DNA from: an uncultured Candidatus Saccharibacteria bacterium
Lineage (GTDB): Bacteria; Patescibacteriota; WWE3; UBA101185; UBA10185
Reading direction: 5' to 3'
Length of the DNA: 64,000 nt
Assembly (NCBI GenBank): GCA_964615625.1
Contig: CAZTQT010000003.1
Span: 4,379 to 68,378 of the forward strand
Shown piece by piece: positions 8,049-16,465 of the stretch (the stretch's first letter is position 1; each line of letters starts with the position of its first letter). The position numbers and the translations under genes are program-made. Below the pieces are notes generated by a model. That model was given only the letters and a program-made list of their open reading frames with translations. It was not told the origin of the DNA and made no database searches.

Positions 8049-9386
8049 ATGTTAGATATTAATTATATTAAAGATAATAGAGAAATAGTTAAAAAAGTTG
8101 CCGAGCAACGAAAAGTAAAGGGTTTAGATATAGATGGGTTGTTATCTGATTATGAAAAATATTTAAAGGTTTTACGGGAAGTAGAGGCTTTAAGGCAAAA
8201 AAGAAACGAACTGTCATCTTCTATTTCAAAGGCTTCTGAAGAAGAAAGATCTGGAATAATCTCCCAAGCATCTGATGTTAAAAACGAGCTATTGAAATTA
8301 GAGGATGAATTAGGTGTGTTGAAAGAAGCTGTGGACAAGGCTTTGTCTTATGTTCCAAATATTGTTTCTCAAGAGATGCCTGTCGGAGAAGATGAGCAGG
8401 GAAATTTAGTTATTAAAGTCTGGAATCCGAAAAATGGCTATTTACATATTGATAAACCTCTTCCATACGATGATATATCATACGCTCCTAAAGATAGTTT
8501 TAACCACAAAGATCATATTGAATTGGGGACAAAATTAGACATTATAGATATAGAACAAAGTGGGAAGGTTTCTGGTAGTAGGTTCTATTATCTAAAATCA
8601 GAAGCAGTTATTGTCCTAGAGGCAGTGTTCTCTTTGTTAAAAAGCGAGTTGATTAGGAGAGGTTACACTCCTTTAATGCCACCATTAATGGTAAAGGAAA
8701 GATCTCTTTTTGGTACAAGCCATTTTCCTGAAGGTAGGGATCAGGTCTATAAAATATCAAATGATAATGTTGAAGGTGGTAGTGATCTATTTTTAATAGG
8801 ATCAGCTGAGCCTACAAATTTTTCTTATTTCATGGATAAAGTTTTGGAAAAAGATAAATTGCCTACCAAAGTGTATGCGCAAACAACTTGTTTTAGAAGT
8901 GAGGTAGGGTCTTGGGGAAAAGATGTTAGAGGTATAAAAAGAGTTCATCAGTTTGATAAATTAGAGATGAATTGTGTCTGCACTGAAGAGCAAGAAAGAG
9001 AAGTGTTTGATGAGTTTTTGGAAATAAATGAGTGGTTATACCAGAAACTTGAGATACCTTACAGAGTTGTAAATAAGTGTACCGGAGATTGTGGTTATAA
9101 CGCTTCTTATTTTCAATATGATGTTGAAGGCTGGAGGCCGAGTGGAAAAGAATACATGGAGCTAGGTACAAACACTATGACAACTGACTACCAAGCTAGA
9201 AGATTAAACATAAAGTATAGGGATGGTAACGAGCTCAAATTTGCCAGAACTGTAAACGATACAGGGGCTAGTACCAGACCCTTAATAGTGTTGTTGGAAA
9301 ATCATCAGCAGGAAGATGGGTCTATAAATATTCCTGAAGCTTTACAGAAGTACACTGGGTTTAGTAAGATCCTGCCTAAGAACTAA
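8049..9386 (+). CDS. serS: Seryl-tRNA synthetase
   Basis: 445 aa. Has the N-terminal coiled-coil arm and a class II core (GYTPLMPPLMVKERSLFGTSHFPEGRDQVYKIS). Confidence 0.9.
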   Translation: MLDINYIKDNREIVKKVAEQRKVKGLDIDGLLSDYEKYLKVLREVEALRQKRNELSSSISKASEEERSGIISQASDVKNELLKLEDELGVLKEAVDKALSYVPNIVSQEMPVGEDEQGNLVIKVWNPKNGYLHIDKPLPYDDISYAPKDSFNHKDHIELGTKLDIIDIEQSGKVSGSRFYYLKSEAVIVLEAVFSLLKSELIRRGYTPLMPPLMVKERSLFGTSHFPEGRDQVYKISNDNVEGGSDLFLIGSAEPTNFSYFMDKVLEKDKLPTKVYAQTTCFRSEVGSWGKDVRGIKRVHQFDKLEMNCVCTEEQEREVFDEFLEINEWLYQKLEIPYRVVNKCTGDCGYNASYFQYDVEGWRPSGKEYMELGTNTMTTDYQARRLNIKYRDGNELKFARTVNDTGASTRPLIVLLENHQQEDGSINIPEALQKYTGFSKILPKN

Positions 9387-9406
9387 TTTATGGTACGATT
9401 TTAATA

Positions 9407-10096
9407 ATGACTATATTTGATGAGCTCAGAATGCCTAAAGTTATATGTGACGTTGAATCTGAGCTTAATGGTAGGATACGTGTTGTAGATGTTGGAAGAA
9501 CAAGAAAAATAGTTGTAGATAATATTATTCAATCTCTTAATCCAGATTCCCCAGCTTGTGGAAGACTGGTTTGGGGACAGTTGACAGACAAGCTAAAAGA
9601 AAATATGCCTGAAGCTGAGAAGGTTTTGATACTTGGCATGGGTGGTGGCACCATGGCCAGTTTAATATCAAGAAAGTTTCCTAATATAGATATAACAAGT
9701 GTTGAATATGACCCTGTTATGGTAGATGTTGCAAAGAAATTTTTTAATGTGGAGTCAATTCCGAACCATAAGATTATAGTTGCAGATGCCTTGCGTGTAG
9801 TGATAGAACCAGAGTCATACGACATGATCCCCAGCGGTTTTGATGTTTTAGTTGTTGATATTTTTAATGGTGAGAAATATCCAGATTTAGGGAAAACTGG
9901 TAATTTTATAGCTGCAGTAAAAAGGTTGGTTAGAGGAGGGGGTCTTGTTGTATTTAATAGGATATATACGGAACCTAATCAAGAAGATGTCAATATTTTC
10001 ATGGATAATTTAGAGGGTTATTTTTCTGATGTTAGTTATGAGGTAGTTGCAGGGTATACGAACTCTGACAATATTATTATCTTTGGGAGAGTTTAA
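9407..10096 (+). CDS. Spermidine synthase-like SAM-dependent methyltransferase-fold protein
   Basis: KVLILGMGGGTMASL...ITSVEYDPVMVDVAKKFF...IIVADALRVV resembles the polyamine aminopropyltransferase core. Confidence 0.5.
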   Translation: MTIFDELRMPKVICDVESELNGRIRVVDVGRTRKIVVDNIIQSLNPDSPACGRLVWGQLTDKLKENMPEAEKVLILGMGGGTMASLISRKFPNIDITSVEYDPVMVDVAKKFFNVESIPNHKIIVADALRVVIEPESYDMIPSGFDVLVVDIFNGEKYPDLGKTGNFIAAVKRLVRGGGLVVFNRIYTEPNQEDVNIFMDNLEGYFSDVSYEVVAGYTNSDNIIIFGRV

Positions 10097-10099
10097 ATT

Positions 10100-10918
10100 A
10101 TGTCTATAGTTCAGTCTATAATATTAGGAATTGTTCAGGGTGTGACTGAATTTTTTCCTATATCTTCAACAGCTCATCTTATAATTTTTCCTAAGCTTTT
10201 TGGATGGGAGGAACAAAAGTTAGTTTTTGACACCACTCTTCATCTAGCAACCGCGTTAGCATTGATTGTTCATTTTTGGAAAGATATTGTTTCTATAATA
10301 AACTCCTTTTTCAAAGATATATCCAAGCATGGTAAAAATATTAAACATTATTCTTCTGAATCAATGATGGGATTGAAAGTTATTGTTGGTTCTATCCCTG
10401 CGGGAGTAATAGGTTTTTTGTTTGGGGATCTTATAGAAAAAGTTTTTAGAAGCGTTTTTAGTGTAGTTGTTTTTTTACTAATGGGAAGTTTTCTAATGTA
10501 CTTAGCAGAGATAAATCATAAAAAAAGATTTTTGGTTAAAGATGAGATATCTTTGGGGAAAAGTTTTAAGGTTGGTTTGTTCCAATCCTTAGCTTTACTT
10601 CCAGGTTTTTCTAGATCTGGTTCTACTATGTCTGGAGGCATGTTTTTAGGTTTGAGTAGGAAAGAAGCAACTAGATTTTCATTTTTATTGTCTATTCCCG
10701 TTGTTTTGTTTGCAGGTGTATCACAACTTATTTCATCGTTAGATTATTTTAATATGGCAGACTTTCCTCCTGCATTTTTTGGTTTTGTAGCAAGTTTTAT
10801 AACAGGTTCATTTGCTATCAAATTCATGCTTAGATTTGTTAGAGAGAATAAATTACAACCATTTATCTATTACAGGGTTGTTTTAGCAATCTTTTTAGCA
10901 ATTTTATATATATTTTAA
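10100..10918 (+). CDS. uppP: Undecaprenyl-diphosphatase (BacA/UppP)
   Basis: GIVQGVTEFFPISSTAHL signature, polytopic membrane protein, and PGFSRSGSTMSGG motif. Confidence 0.85.
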   Translation: MSIVQSIILGIVQGVTEFFPISSTAHLIIFPKLFGWEEQKLVFDTTLHLATALALIVHFWKDIVSIINSFFKDISKHGKNIKHYSSESMMGLKVIVGSIPAGVIGFLFGDLIEKVFRSVFSVVVFLLMGSFLMYLAEINHKKRFLVKDEISLGKSFKVGLFQSLALLPGFSRSGSTMSGGMFLGLSRKEATRFSFLLSIPVVLFAGVSQLISSLDYFNMADFPPAFFGFVASFITGSFAIKFMLRFVRENKLQPFIYYRVVLAIFLAILYIF

Positions 10919-10943
10919 ATAATCTGCTAAAATTTTTATCTAT

Positions 10944-13493
10944 ATGTTTGGACTTTTTGATACTAATGAAAAACAAATAAAAAAATTAAGACCTATTGTT
11001 GATCACATAAATAGTTTAGAGGAAAGTGTTAAAAATTTATCTCAAGATGAAATAAGAGAAAAGACACTGAGTTGGAAAAAAGAATTCGAGGGTTTAAGTG
11101 TTGAAGACCAAGATAGGAAATTAGATAGAATCCTTCCAGAAGCCTATGCGTTAGTTAGAGAATCTGCCAAAAGAGTATTGAATATGCGACATTACGATGT
11201 TCAGTTATTAGCTGGGATTGTTTTACATCAAGGAAAGATAGCTGAACAAAAGACAGGAGAAGGGAAAACTTTAACGGCTACTTTGCCTCTTTATCTTAAT
11301 TCTTTAACAGGCAGAGGTGTTCATTTAGTTACACCAAATGATTATCTTTCAAGACACGGTGCTGGGTGGATGGGTTCTTTATATGATTATATGGGTGTGT
11401 CTGTAGGTGTAGTAATGCAAGAAAAAGCATTTGTGTACGATCGCGATTTTGAAGGAAAGAATTTTGAAGATTCTTATTCCATTCATTTAAAAGAAGTTTC
11501 ACGACAAGAGACATATAAGTGCGATATTGTTTATGGGACAAACCATGAGTTTGGGTTTGATTATCTTAGAGATAACATGGTTAGATCGTTGTCAGAAATG
11601 GTTCAGACTAACCCTAATGGAGATTGGGGTGTTCATAATTTTGCAATTGTTGACGAAGTGGATTCTATTCTAATAGACATGGCTAGAACTCCGTTGATAA
11701 TTTCAACTGCCGATGCAAAGCCAAGTGATAGATACCATCAAGCAAATTCTATTATCAAATCTCTTATAAAGGATACAGACTATGAAATGGAGGAAAAATA
11801 TAGAAATGTAACTTTGACTGATCTTGGTGTTAGAAGAGTGGAAAGGCTTTTGGGAATTGAAAATCTATATGAGCAGGATTTTGAGATGGTCCATTTAATA
11901 GAACAGGCTTTGTTGGCCAATACCTTATACGAAAAAGACAGGGATTATGTTGTTAAAAACGGTAGTGTTGTTATTGTTGATCAATTTACAGGAAGATTAC
12001 TTCCAAGTAACAGATTTTCTAACGGACTCCACCAAGCCATAGAAGCAAAAGAAGGTGTAACTATTCAACAAGAATCAAGAACCTTAGCTGAGATCTCATA
12101 TCAAAATTATTTTAGAATGTATAAAAAACTTGCGGGTATGACGGGTACCGCTGCTACAGAATCAGAAGAGTTTTATAAAATATACAAACTTGAAGTCATT
12201 GCAGTTCCTACAAACAAACCTAGCATCAGAAAGGATGATAATGATGTTGTTTACAAAACAGAGGCTGGGAAGTTTAAGGCTGTAGCTGATGAGATTGAAA
12301 AAAGATACAAAGCAGGACAACCGGTTTTAGTAGGAACTACTTCTGTTGATAAAAGTGAACTTTTACATAATTTTTTACAAAGAAGAAATATTCCTCACCA
12401 AATTTTAAATGCAAAAAATCATGAAAAAGAGGCTCTGATAATAGCTCAGGCTGGTAGAGAGGGTTCGGTTACAATTTCAACCAATATGGCAGGTAGAGGA
12501 GTTGATATTATTCTTGGTGGAGATCCGCCAGACGTGGAAATGCAGGAAAAAGTGGTTAATGCCGGAGGTTTGTGTGTTATAGGAACTGAAAGACATGAAT
12601 CCAGAAGAATTGATAATCAATTAAGAGGAAGATCGGGTAGGCAGGGAGATCCTGGAGAATCAAAATTCTTTGTTTCTTTGCAGGATGACTTAATGAGAAT
12701 TTTTGGTGGAGAGTCTGTTTCTAGAGTAATGGACAGGTTTGGATTGGATGAAAATGTCCCTTTGGAGGCAGGTATTGTTTCAAAATCTATTGAAAATGCA
12801 CAAAAACGTGTTGAGGGTTTTAACTTTGATAGAAGAAAACAACTAGTTGAGATGGACGATATTATGAATACACATAGGGAGGTTGTATATGAGCTTAGAA
12901 GAAGAATTTTGGAACTTGAAAATGGTAACGAGAGCCATAAAGAATGGTTAATTGGGAAATTAAGTCAATTCTCGGATCTTGATTATGATACTTGGGATCA
13001 AAAAGAAAAAGATTTTGGAAAAGAAACGTGGTTTCAAATTGTTAGTGGTTTTGGATGTCCTGTTATAGATTATCTTTGGATGAGCCATCTTGTTGATATG
13101 GATCAAGTAAGAGATGGTATTGGTTTGAGAGGTTATGCTCAAAGAGACCCGATGGTTGAATATAAAAGAGAGGGTCATGAAAGATTTGAGATATTAGTTT
13201 CAAAAGTTTATTCAATGATGGGTGAGAGATTATCCTCTGTTTCTAAAGATGTTTCACTAAAAGATAGGGTTTCAGATCAACAACAAAAATTAACATACCA
13301 TCAAAGTGAATTAGAGACAGGTGTTTCAGTTGAAGGTCAGGAGATTCAGGAACGTAAAGTTATAGATCAGAATTCTGGAAGAGAATTAAAGGTTGAAAAA
13401 ATAGAATCTGGAAAAGAGAAAGTTGGGAGAAATGACCCATGTCCGTGTGGTTCAGGTAAGAAGTACAAGAACTGCCACGGTCGAAATATCTAG
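10944..13493 (+). CDS. secA: Preprotein translocase ATPase SecA
   Basis: 849 aa. Has DEAD-like motor motifs and a C-terminal zinc finger CPCGSGKKYKNCHG. Confidence 0.9.
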   Translation: MFGLFDTNEKQIKKLRPIVDHINSLEESVKNLSQDEIREKTLSWKKEFEGLSVEDQDRKLDRILPEAYALVRESAKRVLNMRHYDVQLLAGIVLHQGKIAEQKTGEGKTLTATLPLYLNSLTGRGVHLVTPNDYLSRHGAGWMGSLYDYMGVSVGVVMQEKAFVYDRDFEGKNFEDSYSIHLKEVSRQETYKCDIVYGTNHEFGFDYLRDNMVRSLSEMVQTNPNGDWGVHNFAIVDEVDSILIDMARTPLIISTADAKPSDRYHQANSIIKSLIKDTDYEMEEKYRNVTLTDLGVRRVERLLGIENLYEQDFEMVHLIEQALLANTLYEKDRDYVVKNGSVVIVDQFTGRLLPSNRFSNGLHQAIEAKEGVTIQQESRTLAEISYQNYFRMYKKLAGMTGTAATESEEFYKIYKLEVIAVPTNKPSIRKDDNDVVYKTEAGKFKAVADEIEKRYKAGQPVLVGTTSVDKSELLHNFLQRRNIPHQILNAKNHEKEALIIAQAGREGSVTISTNMAGRGVDIILGGDPPDVEMQEKVVNAGGLCVIGTERHESRRIDNQLRGRSGRQGDPGESKFFVSLQDDLMRIFGGESVSRVMDRFGLDENVPLEAGIVSKSIENAQKRVEGFNFDRRKQLVEMDDIMNTHREVVYELRRRILELENGNESHKEWLIGKLSQFSDLDYDTWDQKEKDFGKETWFQIVSGFGCPVIDYLWMSHLVDMDQVRDGIGLRGYAQRDPMVEYKREGHERFEILVSKVYSMMGERLSSVSKDVSLKDRVSDQQQKLTYHQSELETGVSVEGQEIQERKVIDQNSGRELKVEKIESGKEKVGRNDPCPCGSGKKYKNCHGRNI

Positions 13494-13593
13494 AATTATC
13501 TACAAACTTTCGCACTGCAGTTCTTGCATTACTTCATGGTTATTAGCTTGCAGGTTTAAATCCTAAATAAATTATTCATAAAAATAATAAAAA

Positions 13594-13986
13594 ATGAAAG
13601 TAATAACAATTAAACAACCTTTTGCATCCTTAATTGCCGCGGGGATAAAGGAATATGAATTTAGAACTTGGAAAACCAAATATAGAGGGGATATATTAAT
13701 CCATGCAGGTAGAGGAATAGATAAAAAAGCAATGGAGAAATTTGAATTTTATAATTTGGATTATCCTTCCGGTTGCATAATTGCAAAAGCAAAATTAACT
13801 GATTGTATTAAAATAGGATCTAAAGAAAGAGACCTGTTGCAAAAGAAAAACCCAGCAGTTTACTCTAGCATAGTAAAATATAGTGGTTGGGATGGGTACG
13901 GTTTTAAATTAGAAAACATTGAAAAGATACCACCAGTTTATATTAAAGGTAATCTTGGTCTGTGGGATTACGATTATAACGAATAG
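13594..13986 (+). CDS. ASCH (PUA-like) domain protein
   Basis: 130 aa. MKVITIKQPFASLIAAGIKEYEFRTW...ILIHAG matches the ASCH fold signature. Confidence 0.55.
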   Translation: MKVITIKQPFASLIAAGIKEYEFRTWKTKYRGDILIHAGRGIDKKAMEKFEFYNLDYPSGCIIAKAKLTDCIKIGSKERDLLQKKNPAVYSSIVKYSGWDGYGFKLENIEKIPPVYIKGNLGLWDYDYNE

Positions 13987-14002
13987 TATCTATAGACGGT
14001 CT

Positions 14003-15682
14003 TTATTGTCGAGCCTTTTGTAATATCAACTGTTCTACTGTTGATACACCCTGTACACATTCAGGATTATCTGGGCTAAACTCTAAACATTTTTCAAAGT
14101 AACTCCTTGCTTTTTCATAATCACCCTGTCCTATGTATATAACACCTAATTTGTATGCAGAAGGATAAAGCCTTGGGTTCATATCTAATGATTTTTGAAG
14201 ATGAAAAATGGCTTGAGGGTAATCTTTTTTGACCATATAAATATGTCCTACATTATGAACCGCATCTGCATAGTCTGGTTTTAAAGCCACCGATCTCTTG
14301 AAGTTTTCTAAAGCTCCGTCTAAATCACCTTCGTTTGCTAAAACATCTCCCATATTGTTGTAAACTCTGTAACTGTAAGGAGCTGTTTTTCTAGTAGCTA
14401 TCCATAGATTTTTACTATTTCTTAAATCTACATTTCTAACCACAGTTCTTATTGAGTACAAAGCAAGTATTATCAAAAACGAATAAGTGACAAAATTATT
14501 CTTTTTTCCACTTTTACTGTTTTTACTTATCTGTCCCTCTACCCATATTAAAAATAGAGCTATTAAAGTAGATGAAAATATAGTCGGTATATATAAATAT
14601 CTTTCAGCAGCTAGCCAAGCAATTATGATAGGGCTAAAAGAAGGAAGTATTGAAAAAAGAATCATGAGTAAAAGTCCTGATACTCTTATATCTTTTTTGA
14701 GAAAATAAAGTATCCCAGATATTACCACTAGAGTTACAACAATCATTAAAGAGTATTCCACGGAGCTTATGTAAGCACCTTCGTGGTAGATACTTAAAAT
14801 TATTGGGTAAAAAAGAGTTCTGAATTCCATATACACTATGTAGGGTATTCGGTTTATTAGTGGTGTAGTTGCGTCTGTGTTTACATAGTACAAAGTGTTC
14901 AGATCCTCTATTCTTCCTTTATAGAAACCAGGCAAGAGAAGTGCTGCAAATACTAAAGATATTATCAGTACTGGTAAATAAAATGTAATATTTTTGAAAT
15001 TTATTTTTTTCTCAATTAAAAATTGGTCCATTAACACCAATAGAAAGGGTGTTATAAACATCCATCCTTGGATTTGGAAAAATATCATGCTCAAAAGATA
15101 AATGAAGCTGGATATTATTAGATATTTTTTATTCCCTGATTTTCTGTATAGAGCAAAAAATATGAGGATAGGAAGTATCAAGTTGGCTCTTAAGGCATAA
15201 ACTTGTCCAGCATGCCAACTTATGGATTCTGTATTTGCTGGATGTGCCAGAAAAAGAAATGTTCCTATAATGGAGATCCGTCTATCAAACAGTATTCTAA
15301 GAAGTAAAAATGCCAGTACCCCATTTACCATATGCATTATTATTGATTGGACATGGAAAGCGGAGGAGCTCTCTCCGAAGATACGGTACATAATAGACAT
15401 TATCATCATATGACCGTCTCTGGCTTTCATGGCTACACTGAAATCTTGAACGATTGGCAATTTTAAGGTAATTGATAGATCATCTAGATTGACAAATTTT
15501 CCCGTTATTATGTTTGCATATATAAGTAAAGTGAAAGCAAATATCAAACCAACAATAAATTTGTTTTCTTTTATGTATTTAATTAAGTCTTGAAAATTTC
15601 TTACTTCGGAGCTTTCGTTGTTGGTTTCGAGCGCTTGTGTTTTGGTCTTCTTCTTTTTCATCTTGATAATTTTACTATACAA
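14003..15682 (-). CDS. TMTC/PMT-like GT-C membrane protein with C-terminal TPR repeats
   Basis: 559 aa. About 10 predicted TM helices are followed by three or more TPR units (YNNMGDVLANEGDLDGALENFKRSVALKPDYADAVHNVGHIY...YEKARSYFEKCLEFSPDN). Confidence 0.6.
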   Translation of the reverse strand: MYSKIIKMKKKKTKTQALETNNESSEVRNFQDLIKYIKENKFIVGLIFAFTLLIYANIITGKFVNLDDLSITLKLPIVQDFSVAMKARDGHMMIMSIMYRIFGESSSAFHVQSIIMHMVNGVLAFLLLRILFDRRISIIGTFLFLAHPANTESISWHAGQVYALRANLILPILIFFALYRKSGNKKYLIISSFIYLLSMIFFQIQGWMFITPFLLVLMDQFLIEKKINFKNITFYLPVLIISLVFAALLLPGFYKGRIEDLNTLYYVNTDATTPLINRIPYIVYMEFRTLFYPIILSIYHEGAYISSVEYSLMIVVTLVVISGILYFLKKDIRVSGLLLMILFSILPSFSPIIIAWLAAERYLYIPTIFSSTLIALFLIWVEGQISKNSKSGKKNNFVTYSFLIILALYSIRTVVRNVDLRNSKNLWIATRKTAPYSYRVYNNMGDVLANEGDLDGALENFKRSVALKPDYADAVHNVGHIYMVKKDYPQAIFHLQKSLDMNPRLYPSAYKLGVIYIGQGDYEKARSYFEKCLEFSPDNPECVQGVSTVEQLILQKARQ

Positions 15683-15708
15683 TTAAAAATTATTCACTTA
15701 ATATAACT

Positions 15709-16284
15709 GTGTTAGTAAGAAATTTTTCTCCTGTTGTTTTTATGAAGTTAAAAAGCTTTATATTAGAAATAATAGAAACTATTTTAGTGTCTGGGGTTGT
15801 AATACTCCTAGTTTATTACTTTATAGCTTCTATAGAGGTGGTTTCTGGTTCCAGTATGGAACCTTATTTTCATTCTGGAGAGAGGATACTTGTTGATAGG
15901 GTGGCTGGAAGATCACGATTAAAAAGAGGAGAGATTGTTGTTTTTTACCCACCGGATAATGATACTTTGCATTATGTGAAGAGGATAGTAGGTATTCCTG
16001 GAGATATATTTAAGATAATTGATTGTAAAATTGTTATATCTAGGGGAGGGGAGCAGTTTATCTTAAGCGAGGATTACCTGTCTCCGGAGATTTGTACTAA
16101 AGCTGGGGGATTCTTGAGAGAAGGTAGGTCTATCAGAGTTCCTGAGGATAAATATGTCTTGCTCGGTGATAACAGGGATCATTCACTTGACTCTAGGAAT
16201 CTAGGCCTTATAGATGTTGATAGGATAGTTGGAAGAGTTGTATTTAGACTTTGGCCTATAAATAAAATCAATTTTATTAACTAA
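15709..16284 (+). CDS. lepB: Signal peptidase I, bacterial LepB type (S26A)
   Basis: SGSSMEPYF (Ser box), VKRIVGIPGD (Lys box) and LLGDNRDHSLDSR. Confidence 0.85.
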   Translation: MLVRNFSPVVFMKLKSFILEIIETILVSGVVILLVYYFIASIEVVSGSSMEPYFHSGERILVDRVAGRSRLKRGEIVVFYPPDNDTLHYVKRIVGIPGDIFKIIDCKIVISRGGEQFILSEDYLSPEICTKAGGFLREGRSIRVPEDKYVLLGDNRDHSLDSRNLGLIDVDRIVGRVVFRLWPINKINFIN

Positions 16285-16287
16285 GTA

Positions 16288-16316
16288 TTGACACCTATGT
16301 TTTATTGTGTTATTTT
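16288..16316 (+). promoter_or_regulatory. Candidate promoter for rpoB-rpoC
   Basis: TTGACA, 17 nt, then TGtTATTTT (an extended -10-like element), about 150 nt upstream of the rpoB ATG. Confidence 0.35.
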
Positions 16317-16465
16317 TCGCACTGTTCCAAGCTCGAGCAATAAAAATAAATAGTATATAAATGACCCAGTGTATTAGGGTGATTTTTTACTTTTGTTTAT
16401 TTAGTGCTTTTAAGATTTCGGTGTTTTGTAGTAAAATTTTACTTTAAGTAAGTCTTTTAAAATTA

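Noticed and set aside
13519-13545. Possible hairpin around ctgcag…gcaggt after secA
   Set aside because: The arms are not complementary (ctgcag is self-palindromic, not an inverted repeat with the downstream copy). No terminator called.
16285-16465. rpoB leader checked for an L10/L12 leader-like structure or tRNA
   Set aside because: Nothing recognisable beyond the promoter-like element; rplKAJL are simply absent from this window.
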